Below the pieces are notes generated by a model, which saw only the letters and a program-made list of their open reading frames with translations, ran no database searches and had not been told where the DNA came from. A DNA stretch of 64,000 bases from a virus, in the IMG/VR virus record IMGVR_UViG_3300048672_000512, positions 1-64,000 of that record; one strand, written 5' to 3'. Both the position numbers and the translations under genes were made by a program. This document shows, in pieces, positions 1-9,910 of the stretch; within the stretch, counting starts at the first letter, position 1; each line of letters starts with the position of its first letter.

Positions 1-76
1 CAGCTTCGACGATGGTGATGACCGCTGATCCCAAATGACATGTAGAAAAGTGCACGGCTTGTCCGTGCAAAACCAA

Positions 77-118
77 AGAAACCCGAATTAGGAAACTAAC
101 TCGGGTTTCTGCGTTTCT
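77..118 (+). terminator. Stem-loop, probable terminator of the upstream gene
   Basis: AGAAACCCGA (77-86) pairs with TCGGGTTTCT (101-110) around TTAG-GAAA-CTAA; the U-tract is weak. Confidence 0.5.
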
Positions 119-180
119 GGGGGGGGTCTTTTTCCCGGGAACATTTTTTACTGGTAGCAACTACCGACGCGAGTAACACA

Positions 181-1095
181 ATGGATAGCTCATCAATCGA
201 CTGGGACACATTCTCTGAACTGGAAAAGTCACTGGTTCAAGAACTTGGCAAGCAGCAGTTTGCATTAGCAAAAGTCAGTCTGGATCAAATGGTTCAGATG
301 ATCCCTGGAACAAAGAAGATAGCTACAGAACTCAAGAATAGCTTGACTAGCGTAGCAAGTGCTCTTGCTTCGGATGACTTGACAAAGAAGGCCGCCGCTG
401 AATATGTGGCAAGCTATTACGCAGCATTCAATAGCAAGCTAGCTGCCTTTCTGTCTTCTATAAAGACAGCAGACGATGCAAAGTCTGATAGTCACGATGA
501 CGGGTTTGCTCTGTCTCAGAAGATACTGGACAAGCATAGCGACTCTGAAGCGGCTCTGAAGTCAGAACTTCTCAAGAAGGGATACGTCTTCACCAAAGCG
601 CCTGTAGTTGTTATCGCCACTCCATTCTTCAATCCGGCGGAACTGCGTCGCAATGGTTTCAACGTTGACGCATTTGAAGGCTATTTCATTCTCAAAGATC
701 AGTATGTAGCTGGTGTCACTAACGAGTACGCAGCGCAGCGAATTGCGGATGCTGCGGTAGCTGGATCCTCTGGCAAGGAAAACGCTCTCGGTTTGACTAA
801 GGATCAAGCTAAGAAGTTCCTCAAAGAAGAGCGCGATGCAAAGACGCAGAAGAAGATAAAGGATGCAGAGTTGCACGTACTCGATGATCTGGTTGACACC
901 ATCAAAGGCAAGTATGCAGCGCAGCGCTTTCAGGATCTTGGTCCGAAATTTGGTTGGTACAACGCTCGCTGGTGCTGGCTTGTTCCTTCTGGTCAAGTTA
1001 CTCTGTTGTCGCGTTCCACTGTTGCAGGAAGCTCCGGCGGGCACCTCAAAGTGAAGAACGTCAGTTTTCCGTTTTACCGCAGTGGGGTAAAGTAA
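181..1095 (+). CDS. Hypothetical protein
   Basis: 304-aa ORF; stop overlaps the next ATG (TAATG). Confidence 0.8.
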   Translation: MDSSSIDWDTFSELEKSLVQELGKQQFALAKVSLDQMVQMIPGTKKIATELKNSLTSVASALASDDLTKKAAAEYVASYYAAFNSKLAAFLSSIKTADDAKSDSHDDGFALSQKILDKHSDSEAALKSELLKKGYVFTKAPVVVIATPFFNPAELRRNGFNVDAFEGYFILKDQYVAGVTNEYAAQRIADAAVAGSSGKENALGLTKDQAKKFLKEERDAKTQKKIKDAELHVLDDLVDTIKGKYAAQRFQDLGPKFGWYNARWCWLVPSGQVTLLSRSTVAGSSGGHLKVKNVSFPFYRSGVK

Positions 1096-1649
1096 TGACA
1101 AGAATCATAGTTGCAACTCCGACAGAAGACACTCTCGGTTTGTTGCGCGACATGTATGCATCGTCGCCTAATGACAACATGGTGTACGTGCCGATTCTGT
1201 TTCTGTCTTCGCCTGACGAAACTTTTTCTGACCAGTCTCCAGTGCTTGAAGACTCGATGTCTTTTCAGATCAGTGTTCGGCCAATCGTTCACCGAAATGT
1301 GCACAACACCGCTACCAAGCGTACAGAAATGGTGATGGGCGTTGTTCTTCTCGGTGAAGACGGAGAATACACACCGTCTGCTGAATACAGAAAGCAAGTG
1401 CTGAAAGTAAACGGCGATCCGAGATTCGTGCCATTCTTTACTGTTTGCTACAGCCCGTTGGTGTCTCGACCCTCGCGTCACTTTCTGGTGTCTGTTGCAA
1501 ATACTCTGGTAAAGCAGACATTGACGTTTGATGTTCAATGGACTGACGAAGAGGCAGTCATGAAGACATTCAACAGAAACGCTGTTGACGAATTGGAACC
1601 GGCAAACCCTGAAGCTATGCACAAGTATGCCAAACGTACTGGAACTTAG
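1095..1649 (+). CDS. Hypothetical protein
   Basis: ATG at 1095 coupled to the upstream TAA; preferred over the ORF-track start at 954. Confidence 0.7.
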   Translation: MTRIIVATPTEDTLGLLRDMYASSPNDNMVYVPILFLSSPDETFSDQSPVLEDSMSFQISVRPIVHRNVHNTATKRTEMVMGVVLLGEDGEYTPSAEYRKQVLKVNGDPRFVPFFTVCYSPLVSRPSRHFLVSVANTLVKQTLTFDVQWTDEEAVMKTFNRNAVDELEPANPEAMHKYAKRTGT

Positions 1650-2151
1650 TGCTTTCAAGTCAGTAGCTCAGACGCACCCAGTTCCAAAGAAAGCAGGAAA
1701 TTTAGTGTCGCTTGTAGACCGCTGCTACGTGTGCGACAGAAAGTTCATTGCGTATGGCGGAAACGACTCTGCATTGATTCAAGAATTTCACCATATATTT
1801 CCTCAGGCTTTCGGTGGAACAAAAGGTCCAACAGTGTCTCTGTGCAGTGGGCATCACTCTTCGCTGCACAGAATTGCAGAACGAGTGCTGGCTGGAAAGA
1901 GCTACAACGAGTTCTTGCAGTCGGGTGAGAATCATGCTATAATAAACCAACGCCTGTTCTACCTAGCTAACTGCGTGGTTCAGGCAACACGGAAGCTCAA
2001 GGAAGACCCTAACCGGATGGTTCCTGTGCAAGTCAACGGCAACGCCAACTTCCATAGCAAGCTAGCGAAAATTTCAGAGTACTACAAGAAGTCAAAGGCA
2101 GACACTATAAAGTGCCTTATTGAAGCAGAGCATCGTAGGCTATTTCCGTAA
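1627..2151 (+). CDS. HNH endonuclease-like protein
   Basis: CYVC...HHIFPQAFGG...LCSGHH motif; start uncertain (1585 or 1627). Confidence 0.7.
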   Translation: MPNVLELSAFKSVAQTHPVPKKAGNLVSLVDRCYVCDRKFIAYGGNDSALIQEFHHIFPQAFGGTKGPTVSLCSGHHSSLHRIAERVLAGKSYNEFLQSGENHAIINQRLFYLANCVVQATRKLKEDPNRMVPVQVNGNANFHSKLAKISEYYKKSKADTIKCLIEAEHRRLFP

Positions 2152-2174
2152 TAGCGAAACTGAAAGGACCAATC

Positions 2175-2408
2175 ATGCAAACAGTGATAAACTGGCAGCC
2201 TATCGAAACAGCCCCCAAGACTGGAGAATTTGTCTTGTTAGCTGGAGGTACATGGGAAGATGATTTTATTTCAGAGATACAAATCATTCAAGTAGCTAGG
2301 TGGGTAAGCAAATATGAGCAATGGGTTACCTGCCTAGCTGACGATGGGTGGGTTGTATTTGAGTACTGCAACCCTACGCACTGGGCACCGATAGAAGCTA
2401 GCGTCTAA
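2175..2408 (+). CDS. DUF551-like small phage protein
   Basis: WQPIETAPK...VLL...W...PTHWAP signature; SD AAGGA upstream. Confidence 0.7.
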   Translation: MQTVINWQPIETAPKTGEFVLLAGGTWEDDFISEIQIIQVARWVSKYEQWVTCLADDGWVVFEYCNPTHWAPIEASV

Positions 2409-2430
2409 ACTGAAGCAGAAAGGGCCAATC

Positions 2431-3177
2431 ATGTCTAAGAATGAAATCGTTGAAGGTAGAGAGTCTTCGGCTTCCAACGTCAAACTGAAGTGTGGCGATT
2501 GCATGTTCTTTGCCGAGTCAAGGCACCCTTCAAAAGGTAGCCCCTGCAACAAGCTCGGAGTTCAGTCTTTCGGCACGGCACCTCATTGCTACACTGCAAA
2601 CATTCGAGTCTTCAGAAAGGTTGCTCCAGAAGCAATTGCAGCAACTGCAGCTCTGGTTGCTGCTTTCAGCGCGCAGCAGCAGCGTGTTCTCATGGGACTT
2701 CTCAAGAATGCAGCTTCGCTTGAACGCTGCAAGTTGTCCTTCCTTGAAAAGGTCTACTTCTCTGTTGGAAATCCGGACTACCTTGACAATTGGTTCTGCG
2801 GTTACGCTCTCGGACTTGATCCAGACAAGAACGTTATGGTGGCAGGCTCCGATTACCTTCAGAAGGGAACCGCAGTAACCACTGCGTATCTCATGCGCAG
2901 TTCGCTTTACACGCGAGCAAAGTTCGTCGATATGAAAGACAAGATGCTTGCCTCTGGAAAGCTCTATGAGCCGCGCAAACCAAAGAAGAACCACGTGGTA
3001 GCTATTGACTACGAACCTCCAACCATAGAAACTGCTCAAAGCTGGCTGGATAGCGCAGCTGCAGGAAAAGGAAAGCCGCAGGCAAAACGCATGCGTGCAT
3101 CTAGCAACAATCCTGTACCTGTCAAGAATAGCGATGGCAGCGTGACCTTTGAAGTAACAAGCGCACGAGGCGTCTGA
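2431..3177 (+). CDS. Hypothetical protein with Cys-rich N-terminus
   Basis: CGDC...PC...HC residues; start follows an AAAGGG SD-like site. Confidence 0.7.
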   Translation: MSKNEIVEGRESSASNVKLKCGDCMFFAESRHPSKGSPCNKLGVQSFGTAPHCYTANIRVFRKVAPEAIAATAALVAAFSAQQQRVLMGLLKNAASLERCKLSFLEKVYFSVGNPDYLDNWFCGYALGLDPDKNVMVAGSDYLQKGTAVTTAYLMRSSLYTRAKFVDMKDKMLASGKLYEPRKPKKNHVVAIDYEPPTIETAQSWLDSAAAGKGKPQAKRMRASSNNPVPVKNSDGSVTFEVTSARGV

Positions 3178-4259
3178 TGTCAGAAGAAACTGACGAAAAG
3201 CTTGTTCACGGTCTTTTCGGTTCTGTAGCTTCGTGCCTCGACGAACGAGTTAGCAAGGCACGGCGCATTGAGCTGTACGGCCTTCTGATGCTGTACCTTT
3301 TCAAGGGTACAGATCAACATAGAATACGCAATTGGTTATCGGCAACTGGTGTGAACTTTGAGTTTCTGCGCTGGCGCAGACTGCTACACCGAAACGGAAT
3401 GCTGCTGCTGAATTGCAAGGTCTACACCTTTGCCTACTTTGTTGGTGACAGATCGGTAACGCCAGCAAGCTGCAACCTGTCACAAGAAGAGGCACTAGCA
3501 TGCAGACAGGCTTGTAAACATCCAGAGCTAGCCGCAAAGCTTCAAGAATTCATTGATGAAGATCGCGCTCTGTTCTCGATGTCTGGTCTAAGCGACATGA
3601 TCGGAAAGGCATTGACATGTAGAGACATACGCGGCTACCTTGGTCACTATGTAGGAACCCGCTTAGCTTTTCTACATGGATATGGCTATGACAGTGACAC
3701 GCTGAAATCCGACATGAAGAGTTGGGCGCTCTACGCGCTGTTGCGTGCATACCCGAGATACGATGACAAGGGTCACATTCTTTCCATTGTTAAAACGGCG
3801 ATGCACAACCACGCACAGAACATTGTTAAGCATGCAACGTCACAGAAGAACCAGCATTTGACAACAGACTCCGATGGAACATGCCACGCTAGAGTCTTGT
3901 CGTTGGACTTCGGTGAGACAAGCGATGTCACCAGCTTGATTGAAGAGCCAGGGTCGTCAACAGTTACAAGCAGCTACTTGGTAACAAATATAGAGGGTAC
4001 AACTCAGGGTAACTGGGAACAGTTGTTTGCTCTGCGTGAATTAATGAATAACGATAGGCTGAAGCCTGTGCAGCGGCAGTTCCTGCTTCTCTTGACAGGA
4101 GCGCATGACGCAGATTTCAGTGCGTGGCTAGGTCAGTCAAACAGTGCCGCATACGAGTCCATGTCGTTTGAAAAGTACATGGATAGAGCGACTGCATTCA
4201 TCGGTGCTGACAGCAGGAAAGTACAGCAGCTGTTTGCTGGATTGCGTAATCTGGTTTGA
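3177..4259 (+). CDS. Putative divergent RNA polymerase sigma-factor-like protein
   Basis: SDMKSWALYALLRAYPRYDDKGHILSIVKTAMHN resembles sigma70 region 2 (homology call is tentative). Confidence 0.45.
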   Translation: MSEETDEKLVHGLFGSVASCLDERVSKARRIELYGLLMLYLFKGTDQHRIRNWLSATGVNFEFLRWRRLLHRNGMLLLNCKVYTFAYFVGDRSVTPASCNLSQEEALACRQACKHPELAAKLQEFIDEDRALFSMSGLSDMIGKALTCRDIRGYLGHYVGTRLAFLHGYGYDSDTLKSDMKSWALYALLRAYPRYDDKGHILSIVKTAMHNHAQNIVKHATSQKNQHLTTDSDGTCHARVLSLDFGETSDVTSLIEEPGSSTVTSSYLVTNIEGTTQGNWEQLFALRELMNNDRLKPVQRQFLLLLTGAHDADFSAWLGQSNSAAYESMSFEKYMDRATAFIGADSRKVQQLFAGLRNLV

Positions 4260-4270
4260 AGGAGAATGAA

Positions 4271-5113
4271 ATGAAAGTGCCAAAGTTTGCATTTGTAGGA
4301 TCATCTTCCGCAGGCAAGACGACTCTCACATATCAGGTGTGTGGAGAACTGAAACTCTACGGTGTACGTGTTGACGGAATTCTGCAGCAGGACCGCCGGC
4401 TTCCTTTTGACTCGGCGCTTCTGGAAAGTCGCTTTGAAGCTCAGGAATGGTTTCTCGGCAACATGATCCAAATGGAAAGCTACATGTCTTTGCAGAGTGG
4501 CGTTGACATGATAGTGAGTGATCGAAGCCTTGTTGACTTCTTCTGCTACATGAAGACTCAATGGGGCGACTCTGTACACGCTGAAAAAGTTCGTATGTGG
4601 GAGCAGCTGGTACGTGCTCACGTTTCTAGCTACGAGTATCTTTTTTACTGTGCGCCACTCCCATACGACAATGATGGTGTGCGACCAAACGAAGAGTTCA
4701 TTAAGAAAGTGGACACTACTCTTCTTGGAGACTTTGGAACTCTCTGCACTCACACGCCTAGGAACAGTAAAATTGTTTCTGAGGACATCATACTCAGCAA
4801 CACTTTGCGAATTCTAGGTTGCAGTCAGTGTCTGGGCGAAGACGCGTATCTTACCGGGTCGTGGGCTAGAGGTGGGCAGTCAAGGGGGTCTGACATTGAT
4901 CTATTCATGTCGATTTCAACTTGGCGCAAGAAGGTTGCAGCAAGTTTAGAAGCAGAAGGTAGGAAGGCGGTCTGGGTTGCGTCTGAAACAAAACGCAACG
5001 ATCCTGGATGCATTGGAGTCTTTCGTATCTCTGACACGCGTCCAGTGATTGAGGTTCAAGTGTTTGAAGACGATGCAATGCCAGCACGCATAAAGTCACA
5101 GCGAGAAGGCTGA
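4271..5113 (+). CDS. AAA_28/NadR-like P-loop kinase fused to a minimal nucleotidyltransferase domain
   Basis: Walker A GSSSAGKTT and DRSLVDFFCY; C-terminal GSWARG...SDIDL (pol-beta NTase motif); GGAG SD before ATG 4271. Confidence 0.7.
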   Translation: MKVPKFAFVGSSSAGKTTLTYQVCGELKLYGVRVDGILQQDRRLPFDSALLESRFEAQEWFLGNMIQMESYMSLQSGVDMIVSDRSLVDFFCYMKTQWGDSVHAEKVRMWEQLVRAHVSSYEYLFYCAPLPYDNDGVRPNEEFIKKVDTTLLGDFGTLCTHTPRNSKIVSEDIILSNTLRILGCSQCLGEDAYLTGSWARGGQSRGSDIDLFMSISTWRKKVAASLEAEGRKAVWVASETKRNDPGCIGVFRISDTRPVIEVQVFEDDAMPARIKSQREG

Positions 5114-5139
5114 TTGTTGAAATTAAACGAGGCTATACC

Positions 5140-5424
5140 ATGAAGTACGAAGACATGACAGACGCGCAGAAGACTGCACATTGGGACAAACGTAGAAAAG
5201 AAACCAGTGCAATGTATGACGCTGTTAGGCTTGCAGACTTTAGTCTTCAAGCAAAATGGATCATGCTCGATAAAAACATAAGTAAGAAAGAACTTGCGCT
5301 GCGTCTCGGTTGGCCCACATCTGTGGTATCTGACTGGTTGAGCGGCACTGCAAATCTTTCTATCCTGCAGATGTACTCTATCGCAGACGCACTTGGTGTG
5401 CCGTTGACAATCTCTATGATCTGA
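5140..5424 (+). CDS. XRE-family helix-turn-helix regulator
   Basis: ISKKELALRLGWPTSVVSDWLSGTANLSILQMYSIADALG. Confidence 0.8.
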   Translation: MKYEDMTDAQKTAHWDKRRKETSAMYDAVRLADFSLQAKWIMLDKNISKKELALRLGWPTSVVSDWLSGTANLSILQMYSIADALGVPLTISMI

Positions 5425-5437
5425 TTTCAGCCAAAAG

Positions 5438-5472
5438 AAAAGCCCCGGACCTTGCGGTTGCGGGGCTTTTTT
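5438..5472. terminator. Bidirectional intrinsic terminator
   Basis: AAAAGCCCCG / CGGGGCTTTTTT between convergent genes. Confidence 0.85.
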
Positions 5473-5490
5473 ACGTCTGTACTTTGCAGT

Positions 5491-6144
5491 TTACATTCCT
5501 AGGCTCTTCTTCAAGCCAGCGCAGATCTTCTTGTGCTTGCAGTTGTCAATCAGGTACACGGCTTCTTCCTGTTCCACAGAACCACGGCGGCGTAGCTCGT
5601 TGAGCGCTTCCTTTTCAGTAAGAGCGTTGATCTTGTTTGTCCAAGCAATAAACGAAACCTTTACCGCTTCAGGAGAATCAAAATCAACTACGCTGATTCC
5701 ACGCTTAGGTTGCTTCACCGGTTTTTCTTCTTCCTCTTCCTCACGGCCACCAGTAACGTAGGTGTTTTTGCTGATGCCCTTGCTACGCATCTCTGCCTCT
5801 ACTGCAGTCTCATGCTGTTCCATACGCTCTAGTTCTTCTTGCGCCCGGTCAGAGCGTAGAACCTCTATTGCATCCTTGGTAGCTACTGGCGTGATCAAAC
5901 CAGCAGCAACAGCCTCTAGAAAGTAAGCAGCTTCGACAAGAATCTTTCGCGGAACTGTTTTGGTGACTTCAACCGGCACCCACGTCTTTGGGACTCGAAT
6001 GATACGTGAAACGTCTCCGTGCTTCACAGAGATCATCACGTCACCGCCTCCAGAATCTCGGCTCTTGCGCGCCTGATCCGAAGTGTTGATTACATACAGA
6101 GCGCCGTTGCCAGCGTGGAGTTCTTCAGTAGTGAGCGTTTGCAT
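5491..6144 (-). CDS. Hypothetical protein
   Basis: 217-aa ORF in a three-gene minus-strand unit. Confidence 0.75.
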   Translation of the reverse strand: MQTLTTEELHAGNGALYVINTSDQARKSRDSGGGDVMISVKHGDVSRIIRVPKTWVPVEVTKTVPRKILVEAAYFLEAVAAGLITPVATKDAIEVLRSDRAQEELERMEQHETAVEAEMRSKGISKNTYVTGGREEEEEEKPVKQPKRGISVVDFDSPEAVKVSFIAWTNKINALTEKEALNELRRRGSVEQEEAVYLIDNCKHKKICAGLKKSLGM

Positions 6145-6154
6145 TTTATGCCTT

Positions 6155-6529
6155 TCAAGTCAAGTTGTTGGATATGAAAACAATCATGTCCACGATGTCG
6201 GAAAATTCCGCTTTGGTTTGGTTTGTGTTCCAGCTTTTGTATTTGTCTTCAGTCTTGGATATGTCTTCAACGTCTTTCTTCTTCATATCCGATATGCTTC
6301 TTTCAAATATGAACTCGAAGTACTTTGCAGCCTGTATGGCTGTAGCTACTCTGTAAAGATCACACATGACTTCAACTTCAGACAACCCGTAGTGGTTCTT
6401 TATAGCTTCTCTATCTCCAGCTAGCGCTGTTACAGCCTCATGTTGGCAGGTTCTGGATACACAATACCTACACGTATCTACTTCACAGTTATTGCTAGCA
6501 AGTTTCTTGCTTGTAATAGGGCAGATCAC
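6155..6529 (-). CDS. Hypothetical Cys-rich protein
   Basis: 124 aa; CP...C...C..C...C pattern; overlaps the upstream stop. Confidence 0.7.
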   Translation of the reverse strand: MICPITSKKLASNNCEVDTCRYCVSRTCQHEAVTALAGDREAIKNHYGLSEVEVMCDLYRVATAIQAAKYFEFIFERSISDMKKKDVEDISKTEDKYKSWNTNQTKAEFSDIVDMIVFISNNLT

Positions 6530-7134
6530 TTGCGATTCCTTTTCTTTTTACCTGAAGTTTTTGGGCGTATGCCAATGTCTTTGTGAATCAAAGCAGCCTC
6601 GATAACGTGCTCTGGTACAAAATCACCATCATAGGGTTTAAGTCCAGACAGAATGTATGCAGCGTAGCACCCTATCATTGAAGCATCAATAGCATGTGGT
6701 GTTATTCGCACGCCCTTGTAAGCAGCGTAGACGGATTCTAGATCAACGCCGCGCCGCTTCAACTCGTTTTTCCACTGCGAAGCTGGCAGCACCTTTGTTT
6801 CAACGGAAGCAAAGTTGGTTATAAGCGCACCAAGCATTATGTTTACCAGCTCGATGGTGACACCTCCCATTCTGCGAGACATGTACCTTTCAGCAATTAC
6901 ATGCGTTACTTTGTATCGCGTAGCTATATCGTTCAGAGAACCTAAGTACACTCCAAGTTGCTTTGATGGCCTTGACTTCAAGTCTCTCAGTGTGTTGTGT
7001 AGGCACCCGAACTGAAGTACTTTGATTGCCGGTGTTTTCTCATGTTCAAGATCGCATTGAAGAACAGAGTACCCATAATTAGCTGAACCCGGATCACACG
7101 CTAGTATCGTACATCGCATAATTGAATCACTCAC
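6526..7134 (-). CDS. ruvC: RuvC-like Holliday junction resolvase
   Basis: ILACDPGSANYGYS, VIAER and HAIDA acidic motifs; ATG alternative at 7119. Confidence 0.8.
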   Translation of the reverse strand: MSDSIMRCTILACDPGSANYGYSVLQCDLEHEKTPAIKVLQFGCLHNTLRDLKSRPSKQLGVYLGSLNDIATRYKVTHVIAERYMSRRMGGVTIELVNIMLGALITNFASVETKVLPASQWKNELKRRGVDLESVYAAYKGVRITPHAIDASMIGCYAAYILSGLKPYDGDFVPEHVIEAALIHKDIGIRPKTSGKKKRNRK

Positions 7135-7197
7135 ATTTTTATTACAGAGCAGAAAGCTGCCTGTCTATGTAGACTTTCACAGTATTTAGAGGGCAAG

Positions 7198-8511
7198 ATG
7201 CCAGTTAAAAGCACAACTAACAATCGAATTCTACCGTCAAATGCAAGAGCAATTGACGTAGCTAAACGAACCATTGATCAGATCATTCCGATTCAGAACA
7301 GGAGATATCATGCTGCGTTTCAAGTTCAAGGTTATGGTGGCGTTTTGTACTCGCGCCTTGAAAGCGGAATACGATGCGCTTGTAAATCGATGGTACACAC
7401 GATATCTTCTAGAATCAATGAAGATGGAAATGCGGACCCTGGCGTTATCAACTCGGTACTCACAGGGCAGGAGTTTGGTGTACGCCGCTATGGTTCGCGC
7501 CAAGCGGATAATCCGGGGTGGCAACTAGCCGATGACGGTAGCTTTGTTATTGACATTCAAACACAGCGTCCGACTCAATCCTCTTTTGATCGTCAAGTCA
7601 ACACACGTTCTGGTAACGCTAACACAACCATATTCGGTTCTCAGTTTGACCGAATGTCAAACGATGCAAGCGATCCAGCGTCGTCAACTATCATATCGGA
7701 TGCAGAAGGTGTAAACGGGCCAACGGACGGTGTGTACTCGCTGGACGACTTAGCTTCAAACTTCGATCGTACGTTGCACGCACACTCTGACATATCCTGC
7801 CCTATCTGCTTAGGAACAGGATACACCGGCGGCTATTCAGTGTACAACGGGTGGCGGCGAGTCTTTACGGCTTTTGAAGACGCTGTAAAGAACTCTGCTG
7901 ATACCTATATAGACACTGTAGAGGACATACCGACTAGCCATGGTATTAGTAGCGAATGGAGCGTAGTGCTGCCGTTTGGTGCTATTGGAGTAGACAGGTG
8001 TTGTGTCTTCAACGGATTGCAACCCTGCACGTCTGTTCAAATATACATTGATGACGTGCGGCTCACTTCGGAGCATCATCTTCTGTCGTTCTGCAATGGG
8101 CGCATGCACACGGTGAAGATTGCCTTTCCTGAAGAAACAACTTGGACTCACTTTGAAGTGCAAGTCAACGTCTCCAGAGATGAGGCTTTGTTTGAGTTGC
8201 CAAAGACAACCAAGTCAAGCATCATGTCGCTTCTGGAAACAACAGATCCGTTTCAGGTTATTCTGTCTCCGATGATACCAAGGTTGCGTGCATTGGACGT
8301 TATCTGCGAGTCTACGCTTGGAAAAACTCTTCATGTCAAAGGGGTGACAAACTTCAATGACAAGAAGGCAAGCATACTAGGATGGGAAGCTGAAGTTAGA
8401 GTTACGCAGCCACATGAACTGATATCCAAGCTACCAAAGCGCCGCACTATTATTCAGGCCCGCCGACCTGCAATGGTCACTGACAACATAACCGGAAACA
8501 AGAGAACATGA
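7198..8511 (+). CDS. Hypothetical protein, possibly a virion neck/head-completion protein
   Basis: 437 aa; RCAC and CPICLGTGYTGGY motifs like those in large-phage structural proteins (function is inference). Confidence 0.5.
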   Translation: MPVKSTTNNRILPSNARAIDVAKRTIDQIIPIQNRRYHAAFQVQGYGGVLYSRLESGIRCACKSMVHTISSRINEDGNADPGVINSVLTGQEFGVRRYGSRQADNPGWQLADDGSFVIDIQTQRPTQSSFDRQVNTRSGNANTTIFGSQFDRMSNDASDPASSTIISDAEGVNGPTDGVYSLDDLASNFDRTLHAHSDISCPICLGTGYTGGYSVYNGWRRVFTAFEDAVKNSADTYIDTVEDIPTSHGISSEWSVVLPFGAIGVDRCCVFNGLQPCTSVQIYIDDVRLTSEHHLLSFCNGRMHTVKIAFPEETTWTHFEVQVNVSRDEALFELPKTTKSSIMSLLETTDPFQVILSPMIPRLRALDVICESTLGKTLHVKGVTNFNDKKASILGWEAEVRVTQPHELISKLPKRRTIIQARRPAMVTDNITGNKRT

Positions 8512-9074
8512 ACCTGTATCGATTACATTCAAACCCATCGTCATTGGTTGGCCATTCAAAGGCAGGTACGGTTCCGGCACTCGGCAACTTAGTAAGATAC
8601 CTCTCAGACGCAACTATGAAAGACTTGCTGGAAAAGATGCGTAATTGTATTCACCAGCTTGCCTACTGGAATATGCGCAGCGAGATCGAAGGAGAACTTC
8701 CTGAAGCGACAAATCCAAATTTTGATGCAAAGGATCCAAAGGACTGGCAAGAACTAAAAGACTCAGAGACTAGCAGCGCAACAACCTACTTTCAACAGTT
8801 AGATGTTATGCTGGACAAGGTCTTGACAAAGAACCAGTTAAAGTCTTACCTGGATGACTACGAGTCCGCAAGTAATAGCAGCCGTAGTTGGGGCGCTCTT
8901 GAAGGCTCTGAAGCAACCATAGACGAGCTACCAGACGTTGTAGCATTTGTTATAAACCACGCACTCGCACAGCTGAACTGGTCAGTGCTAGCTGATGAAA
9001 TCAGAGACAGAGTTGCTGTGGTAAACAACGGGAGCCGTGGCTATGAGTTCAGAGTAGAACCCTCTAGCTGGTGA
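8508..9074 (+). CDS. Hypothetical protein
   Basis: ATGA overlap with the upstream gene. Confidence 0.7.
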   Translation: MNLYRLHSNPSSLVGHSKAGTVPALGNLVRYLSDATMKDLLEKMRNCIHQLAYWNMRSEIEGELPEATNPNFDAKDPKDWQELKDSETSSATTYFQQLDVMLDKVLTKNQLKSYLDDYESASNSSRSWGALEGSEATIDELPDVVAFVINHALAQLNWSVLADEIRDRVAVVNNGSRGYEFRVEPSSW

Positions 9075-9110
9075 CTCGCACCCATTTTTAATTCGACCAT
9101 TACAAGTGTC

Positions 9111-9200
9111 TGCTCGTCGAAACGAAAGCTGGGTCGTAGCTTTGACGGGTAATCGACCAATCCTTGCTGATGACAAATACAGCAGCAACTTCGACCCAAC
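9111..9200 (+). ncRNA. Candidate structured 5' leader RNA (pseudoknot or switch)
   Basis: GTCGA/TCGAC and AAAGCT/AGCTTT stems; loop TGGGTCG complementary to CGACCCA at 9192-9198; TTGCTG/CAGCAA hairpin; no family recognised. Confidence 0.35.
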
Positions 9201-9217
9201 AATAACCCTGGAAAATT

Positions 9218-9910
9218 ATGAGCAATCAAATGGAAATGCTGCGTCGCGTCCTGCGCGCATCCGCTGATCTGACCGCTGCTGCCCGCACGCACTCGGATTT
9301 TGACTGGTTTGTCATTACTTCGCCGCTGACCTGCTACAAAGCAGATCGCCAGAAGAATTTCAAGAAGTACACAATGAAGCCGGCTGGTGAAGGCGAATAC
9401 AAAGCCTTGTGCGGTTTCAAGATGTCGGGTAGCTCCAACGCTATCGTTCTTCGCTATGTGCAAAGCTACGATGACAATGGCGATCCGATCTACATCGATT
9501 TCACCATTCCGATTCGCAAGATGCGTATTGATGCTCCGGACATTCCGGAAAGCGTCATTCGTGAACGCATGAAGAACGGCGAAAAGGTTCTTGCTTGGAT
9601 GGATAGTCAAGCTGCTCTTGGCAAGGGTCGTCGTCCGGCTTGGATGTCGCAGGGCGCAAAGACTCCGACGTCTGAACCGAAGGGCGTTCCGGCACCTGAA
9701 GCTGCCAAGAAGGCTGAGGCTGAACTGCCGCCTTTCGTTCCGAAGCGCAAGGTTCAAGGTCCGACCGACAAGTGGGGCTTCTCGAAGAAGCCGGATGCAG
9801 CTCCGGCCAAGGCTCCTGCTGCAAAGCCGGCAAAGCCCGCCCCCAAGGGTGACTCGTCGCGTGGCGACGATGACGATGACTTCGGCTCGCTTCCGATTCG
9901 CAAGAAGTAA
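9218..9910 (+). CDS. Hypothetical protein with Pro/Ala/Lys-rich tail
   Basis: 230-aa ORF with strongly biased, highly-expressed-type codon usage. Confidence 0.8.
   Translation: MSNQMEMLRRVLRASADLTAAARTHSDFDWFVITSPLTCYKADRQKNFKKYTMKPAGEGEYKALCGFKMSGSSNAIVLRYVQSYDDNGDPIYIDFTIPIRKMRIDAPDIPESVIRERMKNGEKVLAWMDSQAALGKGRRPAWMSQGAKTPTSEPKGVPAPEAAKKAEAELPPFVPKRKVQGPTDKWGFSKKPDAAPAKAPAAKPAKPAPKGDSSRGDDDDDFGSLPIRKK

Noticed and set aside
9111-9185. Hammerhead ribozyme or fluoride riboswitch (CTGATGA, GAAAC, GCTGATGAC...TAC)
   Set aside because: The hammerhead G10.1-C11.1 pair and stem order do not fit, and no upstream partner (TTTGT) exists for the fluoride pseudoknot.
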